DNA of 64,000 nucleotides from an uncultured virus (IMG/VR IMGVR_UViG_3300015610_000939). Lineage: Duplodnaviria > Heunggongvirae > Uroviricota > Caudoviricetes. Under the pieces are notes generated by a model. It ran no database searches, had not been told where the DNA came from, and worked only from the letters and a program-made list of their open reading frames with translations. Shown here in pieces: positions 1 to 10,403 of the stretch (its first letter is position 1; each line of letters starts with the position of its first letter). The stretch is from the IMG/VR virus record IMGVR_UViG_3300015610_000939. One strand, 5' to 3'. A program made the position numbers and the translations under genes.

Positions 1-2
1 TT

Positions 3-1553
3 GCAAACCGTCCAATCACGGCCGACGAAGCGGTGTACCTCTACAACGGAACAGTCCCCTCGGCTTCCGTTGGGGTGATGATGCCCGCTGGGCTCCACAC
101 CTCTCACCCAGCTTTGAAGCGCTATGATGCCTATGGGTCGTTCGTTGATGATCCCGAGATGACCACTGACTTGGTGGTCTCTGGAATCGTCCGTAAGGGC
201 GTTGGGGACTCATTTGTCAGGTACACTCCAGGCCAGGACATTCAGCCTTTCAGGGATTGCAACAACCCAGCGGTTGACGGCAAGTCCCAGGGTAATGTCT
301 TCTATGCCACAGGTAGCAAGGTTTCTGACATTGGAGAGGGCTTTGACCAGCCTCTTTGGAGCAAAACCAAGATTGAGATTGATCTCACTCCAAACTCTGT
401 CCACTCAGTTTACATCGAGAACTATACTAGCGGCTCCAACAACTACCCAATGTGCTACTGGAACAAGGACCTGAAGAAGTGGCAGGGAATTGGAACAGGG
501 AAGGAGTTTGGAACCTATGCAAACACTCTTTCCGGGCTGCAAAAGCTTTGGGACGAGCAGTGTATTGGGTTTGCCCAAGGGCTTGACAATGGAGGTGCTT
601 CCGTCAGGGATTTGGCCGCAGGAGCTCCTACGAGCAACTTTGGCTTTCCTTACCACGGAAAGTTCCACGCCACATCCTCCAACACAATCTCTCTTTCAGA
701 CTACATCCAGGAGCCATTCCTAGTCGAGAAGATTGTCCTGGAGTTCAGCGGAACCTTCGCTCAAAATTCTTTCGTGGGCGCAGGCAGCACCAAGGCTACG
801 ATGAATACCTTCTTCATCCTCAACCAACGCGCTCCTTTCCGCTACATTGATGGTGGTTTCCAAACGATTCCATATCGTGTCATCAACATATCAACAGCTT
901 CCTTTGAGGTGACAGGAGCTACAATCCCAGAGACCATCAATGGAAACTACTGTGCAACCTCCCGTGACCTTGTCACCTGGGCCCAGTTCGTAGCATTCCA
1001 GACAGGCGATGCAACCTCGATCGAGAGAATGTCAAGGGAACTCAACCTCACAGGAACAAACGGGAACTGGAGCGGGCGTTACGCTCTCTCTGGCACAGTA
1101 AAGAGCCCACTCTCCAGCGACGGCCATGCTGAGATGAGCTTGGGTGATTCGGTTCAGTTCATGCTGCTCAACAAGAATGGAAGTAGGAATGGCTTGTTTG
1201 TTCCAAGCGGTCGCGACCACATTGGCCCCTCGGATAGAGGGAATGTTGTTTCCAGCGCCAGGTTGAACTTTTTCAATGCCCCCGTGGTTTCCTTGGCAAG
1301 ATACAGCAAGCCAAATCCATACCTCTTGCTTCCAACGGATAACTTGGTCCTTGGCTGGCAGCTTCCGTTGTTCAATGCGTTGAATGACAACGGAGACTCC
1401 CCAACCTACAACACCCGCGGGCCAAGCCTTACCTTTGCCGCCGCACCTGCAAAGCTGGTGATTTACGGCTCTATGGTGCGAGAAGGCAAGGAACACCACG
1501 ACACTCTTAACCAACACTTGACTTCGGTCAGCGTTCACGAGGTGATTGGATGA
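3..1553 (+). CDS. putative virion structural protein (5'-partial)
   Basis: Frame is open back to the window edge (ANRPITADEAVYLYNG, resembling the end of a LamG-type domain), so the true start is upstream; lies in the structural cluster; ATGA overlap with next gene. Confidence 0.6.
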   Translation, partial: ANRPITADEAVYLYNGTVPSASVGVMMPAGLHTSHPALKRYDAYGSFVDDPEMTTDLVVSGIVRKGVGDSFVRYTPGQDIQPFRDCNNPAVDGKSQGNVFYATGSKVSDIGEGFDQPLWSKTKIEIDLTPNSVHSVYIENYTSGSNNYPMCYWNKDLKKWQGIGTGKEFGTYANTLSGLQKLWDEQCIGFAQGLDNGGASVRDLAAGAPTSNFGFPYHGKFHATSSNTISLSDYIQEPFLVEKIVLEFSGTFAQNSFVGAGSTKATMNTFFILNQRAPFRYIDGGFQTIPYRVINISTASFEVTGATIPETINGNYCATSRDLVTWAQFVAFQTGDATSIERMSRELNLTGTNGNWSGRYALSGTVKSPLSSDGHAEMSLGDSVQFMLLNKNGSRNGLFVPSGRDHIGPSDRGNVVSSARLNFFNAPVVSLARYSKPNPYLLLPTDNLVLGWQLPLFNALNDNGDSPTYNTRGPSLTFAAAPAKLVIYGSMVREGKEHHDTLNQHLTSVSVHEVIG

Positions 1554-2842
1554 CAGTCCTCGACCAATTCGAAGTTGAGCCAAATGTAGCTTACTCTGGC
1601 TCCTACCTTGATGCAATCTTCTCTGGCAGCTTTATTGACGGAACAAGGCGAATCATTGCCTTGCAGACCAGCGGTTCCAATGAAGTCAGGTTGGCTCAGT
1701 TGCACTCAACCTACGGGGACTACAGTGGAGCAAACCGTACAAGGAGCCTGGGCTCTGGTTTCCGTTTCAGGCGATTCGCTTCGAGCATTGAGCGATACGA
1801 AGATACGATCTTGCCAGATCTATACCAATGCTACCTTCTGAACGGGGGACAAGTTGCATTGGCCCAGGCTGAGCTTGGGCTAGCTCCAATTCTCATTACT
1901 GACGGAGATAGCTGGGTTATCAGCGGTGCCGTTGGAAAGCTGATCTACACAACCTACGGGGTAACGGCATCCCACTTGGATTATGGGACAAACATTGCCG
2001 ACACCGTGTGGACATCAACCTTTCCATTCCAGGAGAGGTACAAGGACATTCCAAGGTTGACGGAGCAACGCCTTCGGAAGAATAACGTTTACGTTCCAAT
2101 CTCCGAGTCCTATACCTTGGCTTCCGGCAAGGGTGTAAGGTACGGGACGTATGTTACTTCTGTTCCGTCTAGCTCCTTGACAACCGTCGAGTTCATCATG
2201 CCAAGGGTTAGCATCCTTGGACCTGATACAGTCGGCGGAAAGGGCGGAACCGAACCGGTACGGTACACTTTGCTTGATGTTACTGGTTCCGTTTCGGCAG
2301 TGGATGAACTGTTCTACAGCATCACCAATGAGCTGTACCCACCTGCCGCTCCCGGACCTTTCGGCATCACAAGGGGCACTATTAGTCCTGCGGAAAAGCA
2401 GTTGACGAAGGTCCTTTTTGGAATTGGAGACAACTACCAAAACGTTCCAATTGTCACCGCAGTAACCTCTAGCAAGCACTACTCCACGGCTGGGGTGATC
2501 AACGGGTACTATGCTTCCTCTGTTGACATCCGTGGCTGGAAGTACGGAGTTCTGAGCGGATTCCCCCTCTACAGCGATTGCGTCTTCAGGAGCAGCCGTT
2601 TTGGTCAGTTCAGGGATATGCTGGAGCAGAGGAAGTTCACAAAGTTCTACAACGTTGAGGGAGTTTCAGCCGATGGTCGTAACACCGGACGAAGAGAATC
2701 CCTTGGTGCCATTGTGAATGTCCGATTTGTCAGCGGCTCGGCTTCGGCTATTTCTGCAAGCAATCCGTCTGTTTACAACACGAACGACTCCGGGATCTAC
2801 GATTTTGAGTGCAAGGCGGCACAGCCATTTAGCGATATTTGA
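1550..2842 (+). CDS. putative virion structural protein
   Basis: 430 aa ORF, translationally coupled to the previous ORF, many SGS/TGS/SAS motifs. Confidence 0.6.
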   Translation: MTVLDQFEVEPNVAYSGSYLDAIFSGSFIDGTRRIIALQTSGSNEVRLAQLHSTYGDYSGANRTRSLGSGFRFRRFASSIERYEDTILPDLYQCYLLNGGQVALAQAELGLAPILITDGDSWVISGAVGKLIYTTYGVTASHLDYGTNIADTVWTSTFPFQERYKDIPRLTEQRLRKNNVYVPISESYTLASGKGVRYGTYVTSVPSSSLTTVEFIMPRVSILGPDTVGGKGGTEPVRYTLLDVTGSVSAVDELFYSITNELYPPAAPGPFGITRGTISPAEKQLTKVLFGIGDNYQNVPIVTAVTSSKHYSTAGVINGYYASSVDIRGWKYGVLSGFPLYSDCVFRSSRFGQFRDMLEQRKFTKFYNVEGVSADGRNTGRRESLGAIVNVRFVSGSASAISASNPSVYNTNDSGIYDFECKAAQPFSDI

Positions 2843-2880
2843 AGTATTCGAGGATGGCATCCAGCACTTGCTAACCTTGG

Positions 2881-2887
2881 ATACTTA
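2881..2887 (+). promoter_or_regulatory. putative late promoter motif ATACTTA, 5 nt before ATG
   Basis: Instance of the recurrent (C/A)TANTTA motif. Confidence 0.6.
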
Positions 2888-2892
2888 CCAGC

Positions 2893-3918
2893 ATGGGTTT
2901 TCTCGACTCAAAATCTCGTATTATGGACACCATTATCACCCTGGAAGGCCGTCGACAGATTGCCACAGGGAAAATGAAGGCAGAATACTACTCCTTCACT
3001 GATACTGGAGCCTTCTACAGTCAAGACCTTTCCACCAGTGCTTCACTTGATGGAACAAGGCGTCCTTACCTGGAAGCTGTATCCCTTCCACAGGATAGCA
3101 TTACCTTTGAGTCGGACGATGCTGGGAAGCTGGTTAACTTTCGTTCGTCCACTTCGGCTGTCAGAAACGGCAAGATCATGACCGTGGTGACCTCTTCCAC
3201 GGAGCTTTCTGGCACAACTGGTAGGGTTTATCTCCCAGCCGAGGATAACGTCTTTTCCTCGATGGCGAACACTCTTCTCAGTGAGTCCTTGGGATCTTTT
3301 CAAAAGAACAGGATCATTGGAAGCCCCGATCCTTTGGATGAGAACAGGGAGTTGTTCTTGGTCAACAAGAGCGAGGTAGCCTTTAGGATCTCTGATGACT
3401 CGCCATTCGCCCCAGGAGATAGAAGTGAATCGAGTGTGGAGACAACAGATGGACTCTTCATTGACTCCAAGCTCAGCCATCTCCCCAACTTCCAATACCT
3501 CCCTCCAATCAACAAGTATCGCCCTGGGGACTCCACGGTAAACTTGCTTGGGAACTACCCCATCTTGAATCAGCGTCCAAAGTTGACTTTTGACGACGTT
3601 GAAAAGGAGTTGGATGTGGCAACCAAGAAGGGATATTCCGCCGAAATTTCCTTTGATGAGACCTCCCGAGCCAACAACCTCGTGTGCCAGATGTTTGAGT
3701 TGGGACAAAACGAGATTGTCAAGCTGGACATCATCGACTTTGGCCTCTTCAACATCCGTGGGGAGGACATCTCTGAGTCAGGCAGGAAGAGGCAGGAGAA
3801 AGATCCAAGGACTCGCCCTATCAGGAGCAAGAGGGTCTTTTTTGCCGGAAAGGTCTTCACCGACAATGCCGGGGTCCATAAGTTCATCAACCTCTTCACC
3901 TTGGTATTCGAGGGCTAA
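2893..3918 (+). CDS. putative baseplate/virion protein, paralog of 12226..12942
   Basis: N-terminus MGFLDSKSRIMDTIITLEGRRQIA resembles MGFLQQSTNNIILDAALTDTGRAFIS. Confidence 0.55.
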   Translation: MGFLDSKSRIMDTIITLEGRRQIATGKMKAEYYSFTDTGAFYSQDLSTSASLDGTRRPYLEAVSLPQDSITFESDDAGKLVNFRSSTSAVRNGKIMTVVTSSTELSGTTGRVYLPAEDNVFSSMANTLLSESLGSFQKNRIIGSPDPLDENRELFLVNKSEVAFRISDDSPFAPGDRSESSVETTDGLFIDSKLSHLPNFQYLPPINKYRPGDSTVNLLGNYPILNQRPKLTFDDVEKELDVATKKGYSAEISFDETSRANNLVCQMFELGQNEIVKLDIIDFGLFNIRGEDISESGRKRQEKDPRTRPIRSKRVFFAGKVFTDNAGVHKFINLFTLVFEG

Positions 3919-6414
3919 ATGAAGGTAACCATTGCTCGCCAGAACGGGATCTTGACTGTCCCAAACGACTTCGCTTCCTTTGTGGGAGTAACAGCTAGGG
4001 GTCAATTCCACTACAAGATCAAATACTCCGTTAATGCCATCCGTGCCATCAAGAAGCGGGCGTACCTGACGAAGATCAGCGTTTCCACGGTTTCGCCAGA
4101 AACGAAGGTTGTTTCCTCGTTCTATGGAACCAATGGCCAGGATTTGGTTGCGGGCCTCTTGCGTCAATCCTCCAGCAAGATTGAAGCTGGTCGTGCCTTT
4201 ACCAAAGGGTTGGTAACCTCAATCACCAGCGACATTACCAGCAAGTTCCCGAACGACAGAACCAGGGAGCTTAACAACCTCAACCAGGGAACAACGCTGT
4301 TCCAAAGGAAAGGACACAAACTGGTTAAGGCCGCTGACCTGACAAAAGAGAATGTTTCGCAGCCAATCTTGCAAACACCTCTCTTCCAGCCAGCAACCAA
4401 CTCGATTTCAAGCATCTCTCCCAGCGAGAATGCCAACATCCTTCTCCTTCGCTTTGGTATTGACCCGGCAACTGTGGGTCAGAAGACACACCAGATTGTC
4501 GACACCAAGAAGGTCCAGGATGGCATCCACCAATCTCTTGGAGGCGTTGCCAAGGCCGCTTCATGGAACGTTCTGGCGGGCTCCACAAGGGCAGCATTCG
4601 GCATCCTTGGGGCTGTGGTGAAGCCGAACGCCAAGCCATCTGACCAACTTGGCCTTGCCAACGATGAGATGGTTTTGGTTGACTTCCAAGAGGGAACCAA
4701 CGACCTTGTGGTTGAGGAAGACCTGTTCATTGACGCTGGCGCTGTTGGCGATCAATTCTACTTGCTCTTTCAACTTCACGACATGGGTGGAGTGGAAGTG
4801 GATACCGCTTCTGTCCTCGTGCAGCACTCCAGGAATCTCGCACTTTCCACACTTCCAACCCTTCCTCCAATCCTGACTGTCAAGCCTTGTGGCGGCTATA
4901 ACAGGCTTGAAATCAAGCAGCTCGATGAGAATGGAGCTGGGGTTATCATCTTCCGCAAAACTGTGGATACACAAACAGTTTCCATGGAAAATGGCTTTGT
5001 GCAGGTTGCGAAGTTCCCAATCCGCAAGCAGGACGGAACCAAGTGGTACGAGGATAGGTTTCCCTCGATGAAGCCGGTCATCTACCGTGCTGTTGTCTAC
5101 AACAGACAGGAGTTCAAGTCCGGCGAGTTTTCCTCTGCCATGTGCACGCCTCTAACCAAGGCGCTTCTTGTTCGTTCGAAGGCTGGCAAGAGGAAGAGCT
5201 ACCTCTCTTTGCACGCAAAGATCGTTGAGAAGTCAGTTCAATTGGAACTGAACGACATTCCGGCCTCAGTTCTTGCAATGAAGGTTTACCGCAGAGATTT
5301 GTCTCTCTTTCAATCCCTGGAAGAAGCGGAGCAAATCGGAAACATCATCTTCATGCCCGAACTCCCTACCACGGACATGCGGTTCTATGTAACAGACCAG
5401 AATCCTGTGGACAAGAGGGATTACGAGTACATCGTTCGTTTGATCTACAGGGACGGCGCTGAGGCGTGGGCAACCCCACCTGTTCAGATCAAGTACAATC
5501 CGGTATCCAACGGTATCCTGACTACCACCTCATCTCCAATGAAGGCGGTAAATGTTGGATTGGAGCAGGATATTCAGTTCTCTTTGTCCACAACCATAGC
5601 AGAAGGAAAGATTGACCAAGTTCGTAGGGCAATGGCTCAACAGGGGATTCTTGGCTTCTTCCAGGATGACCTCGTTAACAATCGGGAGTATCTCCAGAGC
5701 TTGGTAGCCTACCACGTCAAGAGAACCAACTTGACCACGGCTGAGGTGGAGGACATGGGAATCTTCATGGGTTCCGACTTTTCTGACAGGACTCAAGGAG
5801 CTGGAAAGGGTGTTCAGCCTGTTAGAAGTGGGTGTGAGTACGAGTATGCAATCACAACCTATTTCAGAAGCTCCCAGACAATGCTGGCTACCTTCGAACA
5901 AACGGTAACTGACACAACGAACCCAGATAGGACTTACTCCTACTCCCCAGCAAAGTGGCAAAATCCGATCGTCCTGGGCGAAGGTAACCTTGTGACCACA
6001 GCAAGCTTGCAAAGGAACCACGCTTCCTCCGAGTTCACCTCGGCAACAGTTGGTTCGGTAATCCATCTTCGTCTTTCCTTGGCTGAGTCAACTCCGTTGA
6101 TCCAGAATGCAACAGCCATTCCAATTGGCGTGGGCAAGGTTTTGGTTCAGTGGGAGTTGAAGGGAAATGCCAAAGAAATTGACCATTTCCTAGTTACCCG
6201 TGAGGAGCTTGGGATGGTTACTGTTGTTGGCAAGGCTCATGCTCTAACTGACTCGAAGTCAATTCAGTTTGTCGATAGCTTTGACAGCAAGCATATTGAC
6301 AAAAGAGAGAACTACGAAGGCGCAGTAGCCTACCTCATTACTCCAGTCCTCTACGACTACACTCTAGGGGCAACAACCAAGACACCGCAAGTGATCGTGA
6401 AGAAGTCAAGATGA
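3919..6414 (+). CDS. hypothetical virion protein, possible FN3/Ig-like domains
   Basis: 831 aa ORF; beta-rich segments such as IYRAVVYN, YEYIVRLI, YEYAITTY. Confidence 0.5.
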   Translation: MKVTIARQNGILTVPNDFASFVGVTARGQFHYKIKYSVNAIRAIKKRAYLTKISVSTVSPETKVVSSFYGTNGQDLVAGLLRQSSSKIEAGRAFTKGLVTSITSDITSKFPNDRTRELNNLNQGTTLFQRKGHKLVKAADLTKENVSQPILQTPLFQPATNSISSISPSENANILLLRFGIDPATVGQKTHQIVDTKKVQDGIHQSLGGVAKAASWNVLAGSTRAAFGILGAVVKPNAKPSDQLGLANDEMVLVDFQEGTNDLVVEEDLFIDAGAVGDQFYLLFQLHDMGGVEVDTASVLVQHSRNLALSTLPTLPPILTVKPCGGYNRLEIKQLDENGAGVIIFRKTVDTQTVSMENGFVQVAKFPIRKQDGTKWYEDRFPSMKPVIYRAVVYNRQEFKSGEFSSAMCTPLTKALLVRSKAGKRKSYLSLHAKIVEKSVQLELNDIPASVLAMKVYRRDLSLFQSLEEAEQIGNIIFMPELPTTDMRFYVTDQNPVDKRDYEYIVRLIYRDGAEAWATPPVQIKYNPVSNGILTTTSSPMKAVNVGLEQDIQFSLSTTIAEGKIDQVRRAMAQQGILGFFQDDLVNNREYLQSLVAYHVKRTNLTTAEVEDMGIFMGSDFSDRTQGAGKGVQPVRSGCEYEYAITTYFRSSQTMLATFEQTVTDTTNPDRTYSYSPAKWQNPIVLGEGNLVTTASLQRNHASSEFTSATVGSVIHLRLSLAESTPLIQNATAIPIGVGKVLVQWELKGNAKEIDHFLVTREELGMVTVVGKAHALTDSKSIQFVDSFDSKHIDKRENYEGAVAYLITPVLYDYTLGATTKTPQVIVKKSR

Positions 6415-9400
6415 AATCAAGCAACACAACAGGAATCGGTGTACGCGGAGGCAGTCTCCAAATTGGTGGGATTTCGACCCAACCCATCCCTTTTGTCGTG
6501 CCCTCAGCGGCACCTGTTGCAACGACGCCAACGCCTGTGGCTCCTGTGATTGCTCCACCAGCAATTGCAACTGCCTTGCAAAATGGCAGAATTCCACCTC
6601 TTTCCATCCCTGTCACTTCCGTCCTGAATGGCGCAATGACTGCTGCCACGCAAGTTGTTATTCCCAAATCAGTTGGAACGGTTCAATTCCGTCGAAGCGC
6701 ACCATCTCTTGGCACCTTCAGGATTCCAACTCCGGTTATCACACCACAGCGCCGTCCAAACCAGGAAACGCTTTCACTTGCCAATCTCACCGTCCAGAAC
6801 GGAAACCTTGAACCCGCCGATCCAAACGGGATTAGCAGGCTTCGCCCTGAGATTATTGCCTTGATGGACTTCTTTCCTGTTTACGCAGGCGACACGCGTT
6901 CCATGAACAAGAATGGCCTTTTCATGGAAATGCAATACCAAACTCGCCACCTGAGAGAGCAGACCCTCTTTCAGCTTATGGACGCCATTCAGCGTTCTGA
7001 CGAGAACAGGGAGCTTCAGAACATCCAAACTGAGTTCGCGGAGAGTTTCAACAGGGTAAATGCAGCAGCGGAGTTCTACAGGAACTCGCTGATCACCGTG
7101 GAAACCGTGAAGAATGGATTCGATGTGAAGTCCATTCCCAGCTCCAACTTCGACCTGAAGAACTTCAAGACGCTCCAGGACTTCTTCCAGGTCTTCATGC
7201 TCTTCTCGAAGGAAGCATTCAACAGGTTCTCTGGAACCAAGGTTCTACAGCAACTCGTGTTCGACACTAGGTCGATGGCAGAAGGCTATTCCATGAACCT
7301 TCTCAATCTCACAGACCCCGACAGGACCGAGAATGGTGCAGCCTCCTTGAGTCCTGTGGCAATCGACAAGTCGTACAACACTAGGAATGGCTTCTCTTTT
7401 ACCTGTGACACAATCAGGTCGTTCGGCCCAGCAGTGAATGCTACCGATCCTTCCTTCTTTGGAAGGTTCAACAGTGCCTTGCCTCAAACCCCAGATGACA
7501 GGATCAAGGTCCTCGTTGCCCTCCTTTCCAAGGAACTCAGGGTTTCTAGAGGCTTGGGACGTTCCACCGTAACCAATATCCTCCGTCAGAAGTTCGGAGC
7601 TACAAACACCGATGGATCGCCATTCGACAATATCCTTGGTGGGGTTGGATCTACGATCTTTGAACCAGTAACAGGGCCAAATTCCCTTGCTTCCCTTACG
7701 GTCGTGAATGACACACCTGGGAGCGCTGTTCTGCCATTTGAGACGAAGTATATTGACTTCAACGCCGCCACACAAAAGGTCTACATCCCAGGGTCTACCT
7801 TCTTTGTTGACTCGATCTTGAAAGTCGACTCCCTTTCGTCCTTCAACCTTCAGCCTCTTCGAACCTACGTTGAGCAGTATTCCGATACAGTCGACAACTC
7901 CGCTGTTGTCGTGAACAACGTATTTGACTTCGGAGATACCCCCTCCCCTCTGAGCTCTGTTGGTGTGTTCAAGAAACTCATGTCCGCTGCAATCCGTGGT
8001 TTGAATGGACTGCGCTCGAACCTCACCGGTAACTCAACTGGCACAGGAAACTACGGAATCAGGGTTTCCGATGCCGCAATGACAGCCATTGTCAGACTTG
8101 CGTCGTCGGACTCGACCCTGAAGTCCCTTCTTTTCCAGTATTTCCTGCTTTCAATCCTTCAGGACCAAGCGCCGAAGTTTTTCTGTGATGGAATTATTGC
8201 AGACCTGGGAGGTGATATCCGAAACCTGAATGGAGTTGTTCTCTCCGAGGAAGCGCAGGCTCCAAACCTCAAGAACCGAAGCGAAGTATCCTTCCACAGG
8301 ACAGCCCTTGGAACTGCTATTCAGAGGAAAGTCTCGCAGCTCATTACGCAGCTTGAAAACATCAATCCGGCTCAGGCCCGTGAGCGCAGGACAGACCCTA
8401 CTACCGGTCAGGTGGTAGTTGGATTTGACGTAGATACGGTCTACGGCATTCCAAATGCCATGGAAGTCAGCGAGCTCACCAAGGGCTTTGTAGGGTTTTT
8501 CACAGCTTTGGAGAACGCTCTTGGAAATGAGACTTCCAACCTCCTTGACAGCCTCAAGAGAACAAGATTCAATTCCTTCTCGGTTACAACCCTCGTGTTG
8601 ATGGCCTTTGAGGCATTCCTTCAACTGGTTACGAGGTACTCCAGGGTTGAGTTCCAGTCTTCTGTTGCTGGTGTGAACTTCCCAGACATGGTTGTTGACT
8701 CAGCTTTCTGTGCTCGTTCAGCTTCGGCAATTGAAGCCTTGCTTGCGGAGCCAGAGCTTCCACTCCCAATCCTTCCTGCAACTTCCAGCCCAATTGCACC
8801 ATCAAAGAAAGCAATCTCCCAAAGGTTTGCCAGAAATCACAGTGCCACGGCAGCAGAGAACGTTGTTGGGGCAGCTCAACAAGTTGCTAATGCGACAGGA
8901 CAGAGCATTGCAAGCGTACAGAATGGTATCCTTGCCAACTCTCCGCTCCTGGTTGGGCTTCATGCAACCGCTGGATCGAGATTCACTGACGCTGCTTCCC
9001 TGGCTCTCAGAGGAGTTAATGGAAGCTCCAACAGGAATGACCTCCTTGATGCCCTGGCCTTCGATCAAAGCCTCAACTCGATCAGCTTCAAGCTCTTCCA
9101 AGAGGATTTCGCGGTTGCTTGTGCTTTCCACATTTTCTTGACCATCAAGAAGAGGCTTCGTGGTGCCCTGGATGTGGCAAACAACTATTTCACACCACAA
9201 ACGCTTGCCAGCGTGACCAGCGCCGGGGCAACGGACATTGCTGACATCACAAACAACCTCACGCCCTCTCAGGTTCGTCTCTTGGTAAAGGAGCGCGATG
9301 AGCTTGTGAGTAAGTTGACAGCTAATACCCAACAACTCCAATTCATCCCTGCCTCTCCAACAGACCAGAGCGTGAGGAACGCCATCCTCTCCTTGCTGAG

Positions 9401-10403
9401 CAAGAAGGAATTCAGGGAGACAAGCAATGCTGGACTCCGCTATCGTCTTTTGACGGTTGGAATCCCTTCAACCTTTAGCAAGAACTTGGCTGAGAGATTG
9501 AACGGCAATTCGATCGAGTCGACAACCTTCCAAAAGAGCAAGGAGTACGACGTGGTAGCTGTCAAGGTCTACAAGAGAAGCTTGGAGTACCCTCAGCTTA
9601 TCTTCAAGCCCAAGAGGTTCCTCTTCGATCTTTCCCTTTTCTCCAATGGGTATGCCAACCTCGGAATTCAAGCTTCGGACAACTTTGACACCATCCTCAA
9701 GAAGGTGTCGTTGCTTGATTACCAGAGCATCTCCAAGCCCACACCGGTTACCATGGAGAATGTAGTGGAGAGTGATGGTTACTCCTTCCTGGATGTCGCT
9801 CAGCGTCGCCAGATTGTCGAGAACCACGTTGTAAGTGATCTCATGGCTTCGTACGTGCAGTTTCTTACCTCCATCAAGACCACGGAATCAACCTTCGTGG
9901 ACATGACCAGCTCGACCTATCAAACCCTGTCCCGTGGCGGTGGGGTTGACCTGACGCCAAGGTTCTCTGAGTTGGTGAGAAAGTACCTTCTTGCTCAAAG
10001 AACAGAAGAAATCAGAAGGAATCCGTCCCTGCAACCTCTGCCCGACATTCCCATTGAGGAGATGCTCCTCAGCCCAGTTGTCGACCAACCAACCAAGGAC
10101 ATCCTCCGTCTGCTCACTTACGGAAATGTGGCTTTGAAGGTTGAAAACGTCACAGCTACTTTGCTTTCCCCAAAGTTGTTTGAGCGCACTTTCACCCTCC
10201 CATTGGACGTTGACAGCTTTGAGATTGACTACGATGCAACCATCGCAGACGAGAGCGGAAGGGAACTCCTGGAGAAGGGCTTCCTAAGAGACAAGCTTGA
10301 CAAACAAGCATTGGCTTCGGGTATCTACAAAATGACGCCAAGAACTAACCAAGACGTGGTCTTTGAGGACTTTTTCGTCACAATTGAGCTGGTGCAACCA
10401 TGA
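6411..10403 (+). CDS. large hypothetical protein (probable virion component)
   Basis: 1330 aa ORF with ATGA coupling on both sides; Pro/Thr-rich N-terminus. Confidence 0.55.
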   Translation: MKSSNTTGIGVRGGSLQIGGISTQPIPFVVPSAAPVATTPTPVAPVIAPPAIATALQNGRIPPLSIPVTSVLNGAMTAATQVVIPKSVGTVQFRRSAPSLGTFRIPTPVITPQRRPNQETLSLANLTVQNGNLEPADPNGISRLRPEIIALMDFFPVYAGDTRSMNKNGLFMEMQYQTRHLREQTLFQLMDAIQRSDENRELQNIQTEFAESFNRVNAAAEFYRNSLITVETVKNGFDVKSIPSSNFDLKNFKTLQDFFQVFMLFSKEAFNRFSGTKVLQQLVFDTRSMAEGYSMNLLNLTDPDRTENGAASLSPVAIDKSYNTRNGFSFTCDTIRSFGPAVNATDPSFFGRFNSALPQTPDDRIKVLVALLSKELRVSRGLGRSTVTNILRQKFGATNTDGSPFDNILGGVGSTIFEPVTGPNSLASLTVVNDTPGSAVLPFETKYIDFNAATQKVYIPGSTFFVDSILKVDSLSSFNLQPLRTYVEQYSDTVDNSAVVVNNVFDFGDTPSPLSSVGVFKKLMSAAIRGLNGLRSNLTGNSTGTGNYGIRVSDAAMTAIVRLASSDSTLKSLLFQYFLLSILQDQAPKFFCDGIIADLGGDIRNLNGVVLSEEAQAPNLKNRSEVSFHRTALGTAIQRKVSQLITQLENINPAQARERRTDPTTGQVVVGFDVDTVYGIPNAMEVSELTKGFVGFFTALENALGNETSNLLDSLKRTRFNSFSVTTLVLMAFEAFLQLVTRYSRVEFQSSVAGVNFPDMVVDSAFCARSASAIEALLAEPELPLPILPATSSPIAPSKKAISQRFARNHSATAAENVVGAAQQVANATGQSIASVQNGILANSPLLVGLHATAGSRFTDAASLALRGVNGSSNRNDLLDALAFDQSLNSISFKLFQEDFAVACAFHIFLTIKKRLRGALDVANNYFTPQTLASVTSAGATDIADITNNLTPSQVRLLVKERDELVSKLTANTQQLQFIPASPTDQSVRNAILSLLSKKEFRETSNAGLRYRLLTVGIPSTFSKNLAERLNGNSIESTTFQKSKEYDVVAVKVYKRSLEYPQLIFKPKRFLFDLSLFSNGYANLGIQASDNFDTILKKVSLLDYQSISKPTPVTMENVVESDGYSFLDVAQRRQIVENHVVSDLMASYVQFLTSIKTTESTFVDMTSSTYQTLSRGGGVDLTPRFSELVRKYLLAQRTEEIRRNPSLQPLPDIPIEEMLLSPVVDQPTKDILRLLTYGNVALKVENVTATLLSPKLFERTFTLPLDVDSFEIDYDATIADESGRELLEKGFLRDKLDKQALASGIYKMTPRTNQDVVFEDFFVTIELVQP